Assembly: GCA_050952645.1 (NCBI GenBank)
Contig: JBMNLI010000017.1
Coordinates: 288,001-352,000 of the forward strand
Length of the DNA stretch: 64,000 bases
From: Bdellovibrionota bacterium
GTDB taxonomy: Bacteria > Bdellovibrionota_C > UBA2361 > CAKMMH01
Direction: 5' to 3'
Shown: positions 22,824-32,319 of the stretch, piece after piece
Layout of the letters: each line of letters begins with the position of its first letter
Position numbering within the stretch: position 1 is the first letter of the stretch
Program-made: the position numbers and the translations under genes
The notes under the pieces: model-generated
Seen by the model: the letters and a program-made list of their open reading frames with translations, nothing else
Told to the model about the DNA's origin: nothing
Database searches by the model: none

Positions 22824-22991
22824 AGTTCTTCACTTTTAAAAGTGGTTTTAAATTCTCAAAAAATTAGCATCACACAGGGCATCACAGATAGCACCACACT
22901 TTAAGAAGCACTTTTAAAAAAAAATTTCACAAACCTTTCTAATCCACTTTCGTAATCCGCTTTTCTAATCCACTTAAAGCGTGAAGAACTA
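22824..22991. repeat. Intergenic inverted-repeat element, family A
   Basis: agttcttcacttttaaaagtgg ... ccacttaaagcgtgaagaact; inner ctcaaaa..ttagcatcac shared with the 151-258 copy. Confidence 0.65.
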
Positions 22992-23020
22992 AAATAAATA
23001 TTACTAAACTATTTACTACT

Positions 23021-23518
23021 TTACAAATAAACAAGCTCTAAGCTATCTAGTTTTGCATCTAAAAGAGCAAAACTTCGCTCATTAGTTCTAAAGCATAGAG
23101 CCCCTGGGTTGATAACTCGTGTGTTAAATATTTTTTCATCTCTTATTTTATGTGTATGTCCACACAATACGTAATCGTAAACTTGGCTATTAAGAAGTTT
23201 TTGTGCGACTTCACCCATAATATCATGAATTACTAAAAATCTTTTATCTTCGTGCGTAAAATCATGAAATGGAGCAGGTGGAGTTTCAAAACCTAGCATT
23301 TTTGCTTTATATGTAAGCCCGATTATCTCTCCATCATTATTACCATACACGAACTTTAAAGGGAAGCCTTTAAGAATTTCTAAAATTGATGGAGCTATTA
23401 AATCACCGCAATGAACTACTAAATCGATATCTTTTCTTTTTCTTATAATGTCTGCTACGCGTTCTAGCAAAGGGTAATGATCGTGCGTATCTGATATTAT
23501 AGCTATCATAAAAAACAA
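23021..23518 (-). CDS. YfcE/MJ0936-type metallophosphoesterase
   Basis: ISDTHD, HCGD, YGNND, CGHTH, INPG. Confidence 0.92.
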   Translation of the reverse strand: MFFMIAIISDTHDHYPLLERVADIIRKRKDIDLVVHCGDLIAPSILEILKGFPLKFVYGNNDGEIIGLTYKAKMLGFETPPAPFHDFTHEDKRFLVIHDIMGEVAQKLLNSQVYDYVLCGHTHKIRDEKIFNTRVINPGALCFRTNERSFALLDAKLDSLELVYL

Positions 23519-23596
23519 ATCCTTTTTATATTATTTTACTATACACTTTTTACTATACACTAATATTTAAATTAAATAAAAAATCACTATAATAAA

Positions 23597-24196
23597 TTAT
23601 TTAGGTGCGATTTTAGTTAATATTTCTCTTATTTGGTGTAATTTATCTATTCCTACGAACCTTTCTTTATTGATAACGAAAGTTGGGGTATCGAAAATTC
23701 CTAAATTTTTACCTCTAGTATAAATCCCTTTAACTCGTTCTCTAATATCTGGGGAAGAAAGCTTAGATACGAACTCTCCCATCTCGACATCCATCTCATC
23801 GCATAGTTCACGCCAGAATTCTTCAGTATTAGGATTTCTTTCTTGTGTCCAGCAGTAGTCAAAAACTTTAAAATTATATTCCATTAAAAAATCCATATCT
23901 TTTGCTACCATAGCACCACGAGTGATTCTAACGGGGTCGAACTCTTCTTCGGGCCAATTAGTGGGGATAGTTAATGGGATATTATGCATTTTAGCGTATC
24001 TTTTAGCATCTTCTATTATATAAGATATTTTATCGGGATTAATATTTGCTAGTGGCACTGACTGCCCTGCGGCTTTTGCAGAAAAAGGCTGCCACAAAAG
24101 CTCTACATCGTAATCTTTGTTAAGGGCGTAAATCTCATCTAGCGCCAAATGACAAAATATATTTTGAAATGAATAAAAAACTTCTATCGTTACCAT
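23597..24196 (-). CDS. DsbA-like thioredoxin fold / HCCA isomerase family protein
   Basis: IEVFYSF..FCHLA and GIFDTPTFVINKERFVGIDKL. Confidence 0.8.
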   Translation of the reverse strand: MVTIEVFYSFQNIFCHLALDEIYALNKDYDVELLWQPFSAKAAGQSVPLANINPDKISYIIEDAKRYAKMHNIPLTIPTNWPEEEFDPVRITRGAMVAKDMDFLMEYNFKVFDYCWTQERNPNTEEFWRELCDEMDVEMGEFVSKLSSPDIRERVKGIYTRGKNLGIFDTPTFVINKERFVGIDKLHQIREILTKIAPK

Positions 24197-24339
24197 AATA
24201 ATACCTTTAAAACTATAACTTAAACAATCATTTAAAGAGTTTAGCAGATCTTTCTAAATGTTAAAATATAAAAAACATTTAATTACGTTTTAAGGTGGAG
24301 GGGGTGCTCTAAGTTTTAAATATAATTTTTAAAACATAA

Positions 24340-24368
24340 TTGACTAAAAATTGCTATTTTGAGAGAAT
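24340..24368 (+). promoter_or_regulatory. Putative sigma70-type promoter repeated upstream of the lipoprotein genes
   Basis: TTGACT-N17-GAGAAT; same at ~27018, ~29912 and ~34725; variant TTGACT-N17-GAAAAT at ~31158. Confidence 0.4.
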
Positions 24369-24444
24369 GAAAAGACTAGATGCTTTTTAAAAAGCACGAC
24401 GAAAGGTTATTTTTGTGTATTAAATCTTTGCATAGATTGTCTTT

Positions 24445-25347
24445 ATGTTAAAGAATAAGCTAAAAAGCTTTGCACAAAAAGGATTTAACTTTTTACATAA
24501 AAGGTACAGAACAATGAACCGAAAATTGTATGCATTGTATGCGATTATTCTTTCGTTTGGGATTATCGGCTCTACTATCTTAACTACAGGATGCAACAAC
24601 GGCGATAAGGGAGACACTATTTCCTCCACTCCAGCAGTTCGTGAGGATAATGGAGTAGTTGAAACTACACCTCCTCAAATTCCAAACTCGGAAGAAAAGG
24701 AAAGCGACTCTCTTCAACAAAAAGAGACTAATGAAGTTGCTACCACCGATGAGCAAAACGATGAAGCGACTCCTAACATTGCTAAAAGCGAGGAAACCGC
24801 TTCGGAAGTTAGCACCAATGAGCCTATTAGCGCGGAACTTGCAGAGATTGTAAAGGCCGTAGAAGAGCAAGGCTATTGGTTTAACACCAACGCTACTAAA
24901 TTAGAAGGCTATTGGACCTACGATGGAACTAAGCCTAAAATAATAGAAAGCGATGACAGCAGGTTAGCAGTCATACTCGACTCGGAAGATGGAATTTTTG
25001 GAAGGTTCGACAACTCATTTAGGATTAACGAAGAAGAAACCTATGCTAGTATTTTCGTATGGATAAACACGAACGACAAATCATTAGCAAGGGGAGCTTC
25101 AATACTTGAGGAATTAGCGAATAGTCCTAGGAAAAAAGCATTATATTCCATTGACGCTTGCTCACTTTATAAAAAAGTGGCATACGAACAATATGAACTT
25201 AAAAGTGGAATAACGTTTTGGAATATAAATACGTATTGCTCAGATCCAACTAAGGAATGTTTCTACGCAAAATATCCGATCGTTGTATATTTGCTTGATC
25301 GGCAGGGTGAACATAAACGATGCTTTGCCATGCTTGACTTAAAATAA
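24445..25347 (+). CDS. Lipoprotein, locus family copy L1 (likely start ATG 24514)
   Basis: Signal peptide with lipobox LTTGC, acidic linker, domain with GYW / FVWINTN motifs. Confidence 0.8.
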   Translation: MLKNKLKSFAQKGFNFLHKRYRTMNRKLYALYAIILSFGIIGSTILTTGCNNGDKGDTISSTPAVREDNGVVETTPPQIPNSEEKESDSLQQKETNEVATTDEQNDEATPNIAKSEETASEVSTNEPISAELAEIVKAVEEQGYWFNTNATKLEGYWTYDGTKPKIIESDDSRLAVILDSEDGIFGRFDNSFRINEEETYASIFVWINTNDKSLARGASILEELANSPRKKALYSIDACSLYKKVAYEQYELKSGITFWNINTYCSDPTKECFYAKYPIVVYLLDRQGEHKRCFAMLDLK

Positions 25348-25353
25348 GCGCTT

Positions 25354-25404
25354 AAGATAGAGACACAGGCGTAAAGAGACACGCCTTCCGTCTCTATCTT
25401 TTTT
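25354..25404. terminator. Hairpin terminator between convergent lipoprotein and Cys-rich genes
   Basis: aagatagagac..aggcgt/acgcct..gtctctatctt followed by a T-tract; repeated at ~28070-28120 and ~35777-35827. Confidence 0.75.
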
Positions 25405-25410
25405 ATTTTA

Positions 25411-26997
25411 TCAACTAAAACTATTAGTGCTATAATCTGATGTATTAGTGCTTTCATTACTTTCAAAACTTTGCGATGAAAATAAGGAAGTTGATGAAAC
25501 GCTTTCTGTTAAAGATGAACTGCTACTACTAGCTCCACATACCCAATATCTCGTATTAGGATCTTGCCTCCATAAATCTTCCTTACAACACATATAAACA
25601 GCATGAGGCTGATGACTTTCTCGTATAAAACCTATTTGTCCCATAGTTTCTCCATTATTTCGACACTGAGCTGGGTAATAACACCATAAATCGCCTTGGG
25701 CATTCGTATAAGTTGAACCCTGCGGACAACAACGAGTTATTTGATTTCCATAAGCATCGCTTCTAATAATAGGTATCTCTCTTGAATCGCAACAATCATT
25801 GCACGGCTCTTCACATCCCCCATTAAAAGGCACTTTCCCATCTTCGCAACAACGACTTATATCAGGATTGGCACATTTGCCATTATCACAGCACGGCTCA
25901 TCTCCACACGGCACAGGATCTTCGTTAGGGCAACAAGTATTTAATTTGCATTTACCCATTTCGCAACATTCGATTTCACCACAAGGACTACCACCATTTG
26001 GACAAGAAGTAGGTGTAGGTGTTAGAGTTTTAGTAGGCGTATTTGTTGGCACCGTCGGCGTATTAGTAGGAGTATTCGTTGGCACCGTTGGTGTATTAGT
26101 AGGAGTTACGGTAGGCGTATCCGTTGGTATCAACGTTGCTGTGTTTGTAAGTGTGGCTGTAGGCGTATCCGTTGGTATCGGCGTTGCTGTATTGGTAGGT
26201 GTATTGATTACAACACTCTCTTTTATGCAATTATATACGATATAAATATCCTCTCCTTCTTCTTGTACTTCTATACTACACGTTTCGCCATCCTCGCAAC
26301 ATAAATGCCCACACTGCCTATCAGAAGGACACGCTAAAGAAGCACTAGATAAACTTTCACTGCTAAACGTCTCAGAAGAAAAACTAAACGAGCTTTTACT
26401 CACTTTCTCACAACTAGGAATCGGGATAATCTCACCGTCTGCATTTTCTTGTAAATACGTTTTACACTCCCTCCCCTCTTCACAACAAAGATAACCACAC
26501 TGCCTCTCAGGAGGACACGCTGAAGAAAAACTAAAAGAGCTTTCACTAGATAAACTACTCTCCGAAGAGCTTTCACTTTCCGATGAGCTTTCACTTGAAA
26601 AAGAAGAAAAACTTTCACTTATAATAACTGGCGGTAAAGATGATGCTGAAGAACTTTGAGTATCACACCACCAAGCAACAACATTTCCAAGCCCATCGGT
26701 CATATAACGACACATTCCTTTCTTACAACATAAGCCAAAACAAAAATCTTCATCTGGTTTACAACCCCCAACTGGCACGCTCGAAGTGGAATCTTCACTT
26801 TCACTAGAAAAACTACTACTAGATGGATTTACTGGCGGTAGTGGTGGCTTCTTACTACTACTACTAGACGAACTACTAGAATAAGAACTAGTGCTAGGCG
26901 ACGTAATAGGAGGCTCTGGTGGCAAGCTACTTAAACTACTACTAGAAGACGAACTCTTACTAGAGCTAATTGCTAAAAATAATCGCTTCACAAACAT
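25411..26997 (-). CDS. 5'-truncated Ser/Cys-rich cassette C1 (copy of the C-terminal half of 35835-39158), with a Thr-Pro linker
   Basis: Near-identical blocks to the full gene from SSLPPEPPITSPST onward; no prepilin or signal N-terminus; no clear SD. Confidence 0.75.
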   Translation of the reverse strand: MFVKRLFLAISSSKSSSSSSSLSSLPPEPPITSPSTSSYSSSSSSSSSKKPPLPPVNPSSSSFSSESEDSTSSVPVGGCKPDEDFCFGLCCKKGMCRYMTDGLGNVVAWWCDTQSSSASSLPPVIISESFSSFSSESSSESESSSESSLSSESSFSFSSACPPERQCGYLCCEEGRECKTYLQENADGEIIPIPSCEKVSKSSFSFSSETFSSESLSSASLACPSDRQCGHLCCEDGETCSIEVQEEGEDIYIVYNCIKESVVINTPTNTATPIPTDTPTATLTNTATLIPTDTPTVTPTNTPTVPTNTPTNTPTVPTNTPTKTLTPTPTSCPNGGSPCGEIECCEMGKCKLNTCCPNEDPVPCGDEPCCDNGKCANPDISRCCEDGKVPFNGGCEEPCNDCCDSREIPIIRSDAYGNQITRCCPQGSTYTNAQGDLWCYYPAQCRNNGETMGQIGFIRESHQPHAVYMCCKEDLWRQDPNTRYWVCGASSSSSSLTESVSSTSLFSSQSFESNESTNTSDYSTNSFS

Positions 26998-27122
26998 CGA
27001 ATAATTTTTAAATATAATTGACTAAAAATTGCTATTTTGAGAGAATGAAAAGACTAGATGCTTTTTAAAAAGCACGACGAAAGGTTATTTTTGTGTATTA
27101 AATCTTTGCATAGATTGTCTTT

Positions 27123-28061
27123 ATGTTAAAGAATAAGCTAAAAAGCTTTGCACAAAAAGGATTTAACTTTTTACATAAAAGGTACAGAACAATGAACCGA
27201 AAATTGTATGCATTGTATGCGATTATTCTTTCGTTTGGGATTATCGGCTCTACTATCTTAACTACAGGATGCAACAACGGCGATAAGGGAGACACTATTT
27301 CCTCCACTCCAGCAGTTCGTGAGGATAATGGAGTAGTTGAAACTACACCTCCTCAAATTCCAAACTCGGAAGAAAAGGAAAGCGACTCTCTTCAACAAAA
27401 AGAGACTAATGAAGTTGCTACCACCGATGAGCAAAACGATGAAGCGACTCCTAACATTGCTAAAAGCGAGGAAACCGCTTCGGAAGTTAGCACCAATGAG
27501 CCTATTAGCGCGGAACTTGCAGAGATTGTAAAGGCCGTAGAAGAGCAAGGCTATTGGTTTAACACCAACGCTACTAAATTAGAAGGCTATTGGACCTACG
27601 ATGGAACTAAGCCTAAAATAATAGAAAGCGATGACAGCAGGTTAGCAGTCATACTCGACTCGGAAGATGGGATTTTTGGAAGGTTTTCCAACCGATTTAG
27701 GATTAACGAAGAAAAAACCTATCCTGATGTTTTTGTATGGATAAACACGAACAATAAACCATTAGCAAGGGGAGCTTCAATACTCGAGGAATTAGCGAAT
27801 AGTCCTTGGAACGAAGTATTATATCCCATCGACGCTTGCTCACTTTATAAAAAAGTGGCATACGAACAGTATGAACTTAAAAACGGAATAACGTTTTGGA
27901 ATATAAATACGTATTGCTCAGACCCAACCAAGGAATGTTTTTATTCAAAATATCCAATCATTGTATATTTTCATGATTGGAAGAAGAAGAAAAAGCAAAC
28001 AAAACAAACAGGACAAACAAACTGCTTTGGCATGTTAAACTTAGTTAGCTTAGAAGAATAA
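27123..28061 (+). CDS. Lipoprotein, locus family copy L2
   Basis: First ~185 aa identical to L1, C-terminal part divergent. Confidence 0.8.
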   Translation: MLKNKLKSFAQKGFNFLHKRYRTMNRKLYALYAIILSFGIIGSTILTTGCNNGDKGDTISSTPAVREDNGVVETTPPQIPNSEEKESDSLQQKETNEVATTDEQNDEATPNIAKSEETASEVSTNEPISAELAEIVKAVEEQGYWFNTNATKLEGYWTYDGTKPKIIESDDSRLAVILDSEDGIFGRFSNRFRINEEKTYPDVFVWINTNNKPLARGASILEELANSPWNEVLYPIDACSLYKKVAYEQYELKNGITFWNINTYCSDPTKECFYSKYPIIVYFHDWKKKKKQTKQTGQTNCFGMLNLVSLEE

Positions 28062-28127
28062 GCGCTTTATAGATAGAGACACAGGCGTAAAAAGACACGC
28101 CTGCCCGTCTCTATCTTTTTTATTTTA

Positions 28128-29891
28128 TCAACTAAAACTACTAGTGCTATAATCTGATGTATTAGTGCTTTTATTACTTTCAAAACTTTGCGATGAAAAT
28201 AAGGAAGTCGAAGAAACGCTTTCTGCTAAAGATGAACTGCTACTACTAGCTCCACATACCCAATATCTCGTATTAGGATCTTGCCTCCATAAATCTTCCT
28301 TACAACACATATAAACAGCATGAGGCTGATGACTTTCTCGTATAAAACCTATTTGTCCCATAGTTTCTCCATTATTTCGACACGTAGCTGGGTTATCACA
28401 CCATAAATCGCCTTGGGCATTCGTATAAGTTGAACCCTGCGGACAACAACGAGTTATTTGATTTCCATAAGCATCTCTTCTAATAATAGATATCTCTCTT
28501 GAATCGCAACAATCATTGCACGGCTCTTCACATCCCCCATTAAAAGGCACTTGCCAATCTTGGCAACAGAGACTTTCATCAGGATTAGCGCATTTACCAT
28601 TATCACAACACGGTTTATCTCCACACGGCACAGGATCTTCATTAGGGCAGCAAGTATCAGAATTACATTTATTTGGGTCGCAACAAACGTCTCCACACAT
28701 TTCTGTACCTTCACTGCATGAAGAAGAACTGCTACTACTAAAACTAGATGACGAGCTAGAAGAACTGCTTGAACTACTTGGAGATGATGAACTAGAAGAA
28801 GAGCTACTTAAACTAGATGAACTAGGTGAGCTACTCTTACTCGAACTAGAACTTAAAGAGCTAGAAGAATTGCTTTTACTAGAACTACTAGAAGAACTAG
28901 ACGAACTGCTACTACTAGGTGATAATGAACTAGAAGAAGAGCTACTTAAACTAGATGAACTAGGTGAGCTACTCTTACTCGAACTAGAACTTAAAGAGCT
29001 AGAAGAATTGCTTAAACTACTACTTTCTAAGCTTTCGCTCGAAGCTACACTTTCTAAAGAACTCTCACTAGAACTTACACTCTCTTTTATACAATTATAT
29101 ACGATATAAATATCTTCTCCTTCTTCTTGTACTTCTATACTACACGTTTCGCCATCCTCGCAACATAAATGCCCACACTGCCTTTCGGTAGGACACGCTA
29201 AAGAAGCACTAGACAAACTTTCACTGCTTAACGTCTCAGAAGAAAAACTAGATGAGCTTTCACTCACTTTCTCACAACTAGGAATCGGAATAATCTCGCC
29301 GTCTGCATTTTCTTGTAAATACGTTTTACACTCCTCCCCCTCTTCACAACAAAGATAATCACACTGCCTCTCAGGAGGACACGCCGAAGAAAAACTAAAA
29401 GAGCTTTCACTTTCACTCGATAAAACACTTTCAGACGAACTTTCCGAAGAACTCTCACTAGATAAACTACTTTCTGATGAGCTTTCACTCGAGAAAGAAG
29501 AAAAACTTTCACTTATAATAACTGGTGGCAAAGATGATGCTGAAGAACTTTGAGTATCACACCACCAAGCAATAACATTTCCAAGCCCATCGGTCATATA
29601 ACGACACATTCCTTTCTTACAACATAAGCCAAAACAAAAATCTTCATCTGGTTTACAACCCCCAACTGGCACGCTCGAAGTGGAATCTTCACTTTCACTA
29701 GAAAAACTACTACTAGATGGATTTACTGGCGGTAGTGGTGGCTTCTTACTACTACTACTAGACGAACTACTAGAATAAGAACTAGTGCTAGGCGACGTAA
29801 TAGGAGGCTCTGGTGGCAAGCTACTTAAACTACTACTAGAAGACGAACTCTTACTAGAGCTAATTGCTAAAAATAATCGCTTCACAAACAT
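28128..29891 (-). CDS. 5'-truncated Ser/Cys-rich cassette C2
   Basis: Same 5' junction (MFVKRLFLAISSSK) as C1 and C3; Ser linker and Cys blocks shared with the full gene. Confidence 0.75.
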   Translation of the reverse strand: MFVKRLFLAISSSKSSSSSSSLSSLPPEPPITSPSTSSYSSSSSSSSSKKPPLPPVNPSSSSFSSESEDSTSSVPVGGCKPDEDFCFGLCCKKGMCRYMTDGLGNVIAWWCDTQSSSASSLPPVIISESFSSFSSESSSESSLSSESSSESSSESVLSSESESSFSFSSACPPERQCDYLCCEEGEECKTYLQENADGEIIPIPSCEKVSESSSSFSSETLSSESLSSASLACPTERQCGHLCCEDGETCSIEVQEEGEDIYIVYNCIKESVSSSESSLESVASSESLESSSLSNSSSSLSSSSSKSSSPSSSSLSSSSSSSLSPSSSSSSSSSSSSSKSNSSSSLSSSSSKSSSPSSSSLSSSSSSSSSPSSSSSSSSSSSSFSSSSSSSCSEGTEMCGDVCCDPNKCNSDTCCPNEDPVPCGDKPCCDNGKCANPDESLCCQDWQVPFNGGCEEPCNDCCDSREISIIRRDAYGNQITRCCPQGSTYTNAQGDLWCDNPATCRNNGETMGQIGFIRESHQPHAVYMCCKEDLWRQDPNTRYWVCGASSSSSSLAESVSSTSLFSSQSFESNKSTNTSDYSTSSFS

Positions 29892-30190
29892 CGAATAATT
29901 TTTAAATATAATTGACTAAAAATTGCTATTTTGAGAGAATGAAAAGAAGTGTCTTAGAAAAGTTTCTTTAAGGCACACTAATTGTTTGAAATCGAAGTTT
30001 TTAAATTTTTAGAAGCTTTGATACGTATTTTTGCGTAGGATTTGCAATATATTTAAAAATAATCTTAAAAAATATTATTGTAATCTAACGCAAAACCTTA
30101 TATAGAACGGTTTTGTATAAGGTTTATATAGAGCGTTCCAAAGATATTCTTAAATATGTTTTACATGTTTGATAACTAGAAAGAAAGAAA

Positions 30191-30904
30191 ATGAATAAGT
30201 TCTCTGTCGTGTCAGCCTTGTTTGTCGTTTCCCTTTGCTTGCTTCTTGGAGGTTGCAAAGAAAAATCACCTAATGATACGAACAAGGAAGCACAGCAAAG
30301 TGTACCTACTGCTTCTGCTCCTGAAGTCAAGAAGCCTCTTTTTAACGAAGGCGATAAGGGAAAAACTGGCGACCCTGAACTCGATAGGATTATCGATGCG
30401 GTTGTAAGTAATGGCTACTACTTTGATATTGAGGCTATCCCCGAGCTTCATGGTCGTGAAAAACCATCAAAAATAACTAGTGGTAGCTCAGCTTTTCGAA
30501 TACTTGATGAAAAGCCAGAAGATTTGGGAGTTTTTTGTGAAACCTCTTGCGCTTTTCAGTTCGATGGTGAATATCGTTTAAGTGGCGTTTGGACCTTCGT
30601 CTGGGCTAATACTAATCAAATACCCTTAATTGAAGGACTAGAAGAAGCTTTACTGCTTCCTAAATTTTTGCATGAAAGGATGCAAAGATTTAGTTATAGA
30701 GATAGGGGAGGCAATCCTGGCGATTTCATCAACAATCACGTCGAAATTCCGCTAGAAGGTGGAATGACCATTGAAAACACTTGGGGAGGGGCTGGCGAAG
30801 CGAAAGAATCTTACCCCCACAAGGAAGTTGTGCGAGTTTTTGTGATTTATAATCACAAATTAAGAAAGATTGTCGGCGTATTTATCGCAAGAGAAGGGAG
30901 CTGA
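30191..30904 (+). CDS. Lipoprotein, divergent family member L3
   Basis: Lipobox LLGGC; ELDRIIDAVVSNGYYF, KPSKIT, LGVF, FVWANTNQIPL align with L1/L2 motifs. Confidence 0.75.
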   Translation: MNKFSVVSALFVVSLCLLLGGCKEKSPNDTNKEAQQSVPTASAPEVKKPLFNEGDKGKTGDPELDRIIDAVVSNGYYFDIEAIPELHGREKPSKITSGSSAFRILDEKPEDLGVFCETSCAFQFDGEYRLSGVWTFVWANTNQIPLIEGLEEALLLPKFLHERMQRFSYRDRGGNPGDFINNHVEIPLEGGMTIENTWGGAGEAKESYPHKEVVRVFVIYNHKLRKIVGVFIAREGS

Positions 30905-30991
30905 TACGCTCAAAAGCTCCTAGCGCTAATTAACGGCAAATGCTGACACCGATAACGCTTTATTAGTTTTAGTCTGTTAACAGACGCTATT

Positions 30992-31030
30992 TAAGAGAGG
31001 TCGAAAAACATCGATCTCTCTTTTATTTTT
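30992..31030 (+). terminator. Intrinsic terminator after L3
   Basis: aagagaggtcga..tcgatctctctt followed by a T-rich tail. Confidence 0.6.
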
Positions 31031-31352
31031 TCTTTACATCTTAAAAAAACTACCCTCTTAAGTCCTTATCAATTATCCAAAAAACACTTTTACAAATTAT
31101 TTATATATTTTCATTAAAAAAATACTACAGTTTTTACCTTAGAACTCGCAAAATAAATTGACTAATAATTATTATTTTGAGAAAATATTTATAAGTCTTT
31201 AGGTTGTATAATTAGGTTGTATAACTTTAAGGATTTTGGTTTTAAGGCGTATGTTTATGATGCAAAAAATAAACTTTTGCAAAGAAAGAATTTTCTATAT
31301 AGACTATGCCTGTTTTAACACTAAATTAACCTGTAAATCGAGGGATAATAAG

Positions 31353-32165
31353 ATGAAAAAAAGGTTTAACAATCTCACTATGTGCGTGATGATTATTGCT
31401 CTGGTTGCCATCAGCTTGGTAGGATGTGATGGCAAAAAACAAGGCGATGTTAATGGCGAACCTAAAGGAGACGCAATCGTTGCTACCAAAAATGCTCTAG
31501 ATATTGTGCCTCAAGAAAACGAGACGTTGCCTTCCGTTGCTTCTCCTAAAGAAGAAACTTCTAATGTGGCAAATGTTGAGACGCCGATTGCCGAAGCTAA
31601 CGTGGTACAGGATACTCAGCCACAAGCAGGCCAGCAAATTGAGCTTAAGGAAGAGCCAAAAGAAGATGCTTCTGCCGACGATAAACTTCTTACCGAGATT
31701 ATCGATGCGCTTGAAAGCAAAGGCTACTGGCTTAAGGAAGGAATTGAAAAGCCTAAGCGGATAACGTGTTCTACATCAGAAGTCGGTATTATCAAATCTC
31801 CAGAAGGTCTCGGCATCTTTGGTGAACATTATGGAGGCTTTAACTTTGATGGGGAAGCTGTAAAAACAACAGCACCATTTGTTTGGCTAAATAATAATAA
31901 ACAGCCACTTAAAGTTGGTTTTGCCAAACTTTACGATTATGCGACTAACGGTGGTGAAGAGATTGACAAAATCGACGCAACTCTATTTATGCCACTTGGT
32001 TTGGAAGTTACGCTAAAAGGAAATATAACTTATTTAGATTTTAGAGAAAGCTTTAAGCCATTTACGCCCAAATATGAAGAAGACTTTTATAGTAATCAAA
32101 GAGTTTTTCTTTGCGTAAATTGGAAGGAAGGCAATCAGCCAGTTGCTGCGTTTATGACTAAGTAA
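31353..32165 (+). CDS. Lipoprotein, divergent family member L4 (ORF track starts at 31236)
   Basis: MKKRFNNLTMC..LVGC lipobox after a gaggga SD; LTEIIDALESKGYWL, KPKRIT, LGIFG, FVWLNNNKQPL. Confidence 0.75.
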   Translation: MKKRFNNLTMCVMIIALVAISLVGCDGKKQGDVNGEPKGDAIVATKNALDIVPQENETLPSVASPKEETSNVANVETPIAEANVVQDTQPQAGQQIELKEEPKEDASADDKLLTEIIDALESKGYWLKEGIEKPKRITCSTSEVGIIKSPEGLGIFGEHYGGFNFDGEAVKTTAPFVWLNNNKQPLKVGFAKLYDYATNGGEEIDKIDATLFMPLGLEVTLKGNITYLDFRESFKPFTPKYEEDFYSNQRVFLCVNWKEGNQPVAAFMTK

Positions 32166-32319
32166 AGAAAAATAACTTAACAAATTAAGAACGCACGTAT
32201 ATAAGAGCATCTCATATTCTAAATAGAATATTTTATAAGCGAAGAAAATAATCTCAAGTATTGCTTTCTTCGCTTTTTCTTTATAAAAAGCCTTAAAAAG
32301 TAAAGAACACTACTTTTAT

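Noticed and set aside
23597..24196. DsbA-like gene as dedicated oxidase for the adjacent Cys-rich proteins
   Set aside because: No signal peptide and no CxxC motif; looks like a cytoplasmic HCCA-isomerase-type protein.
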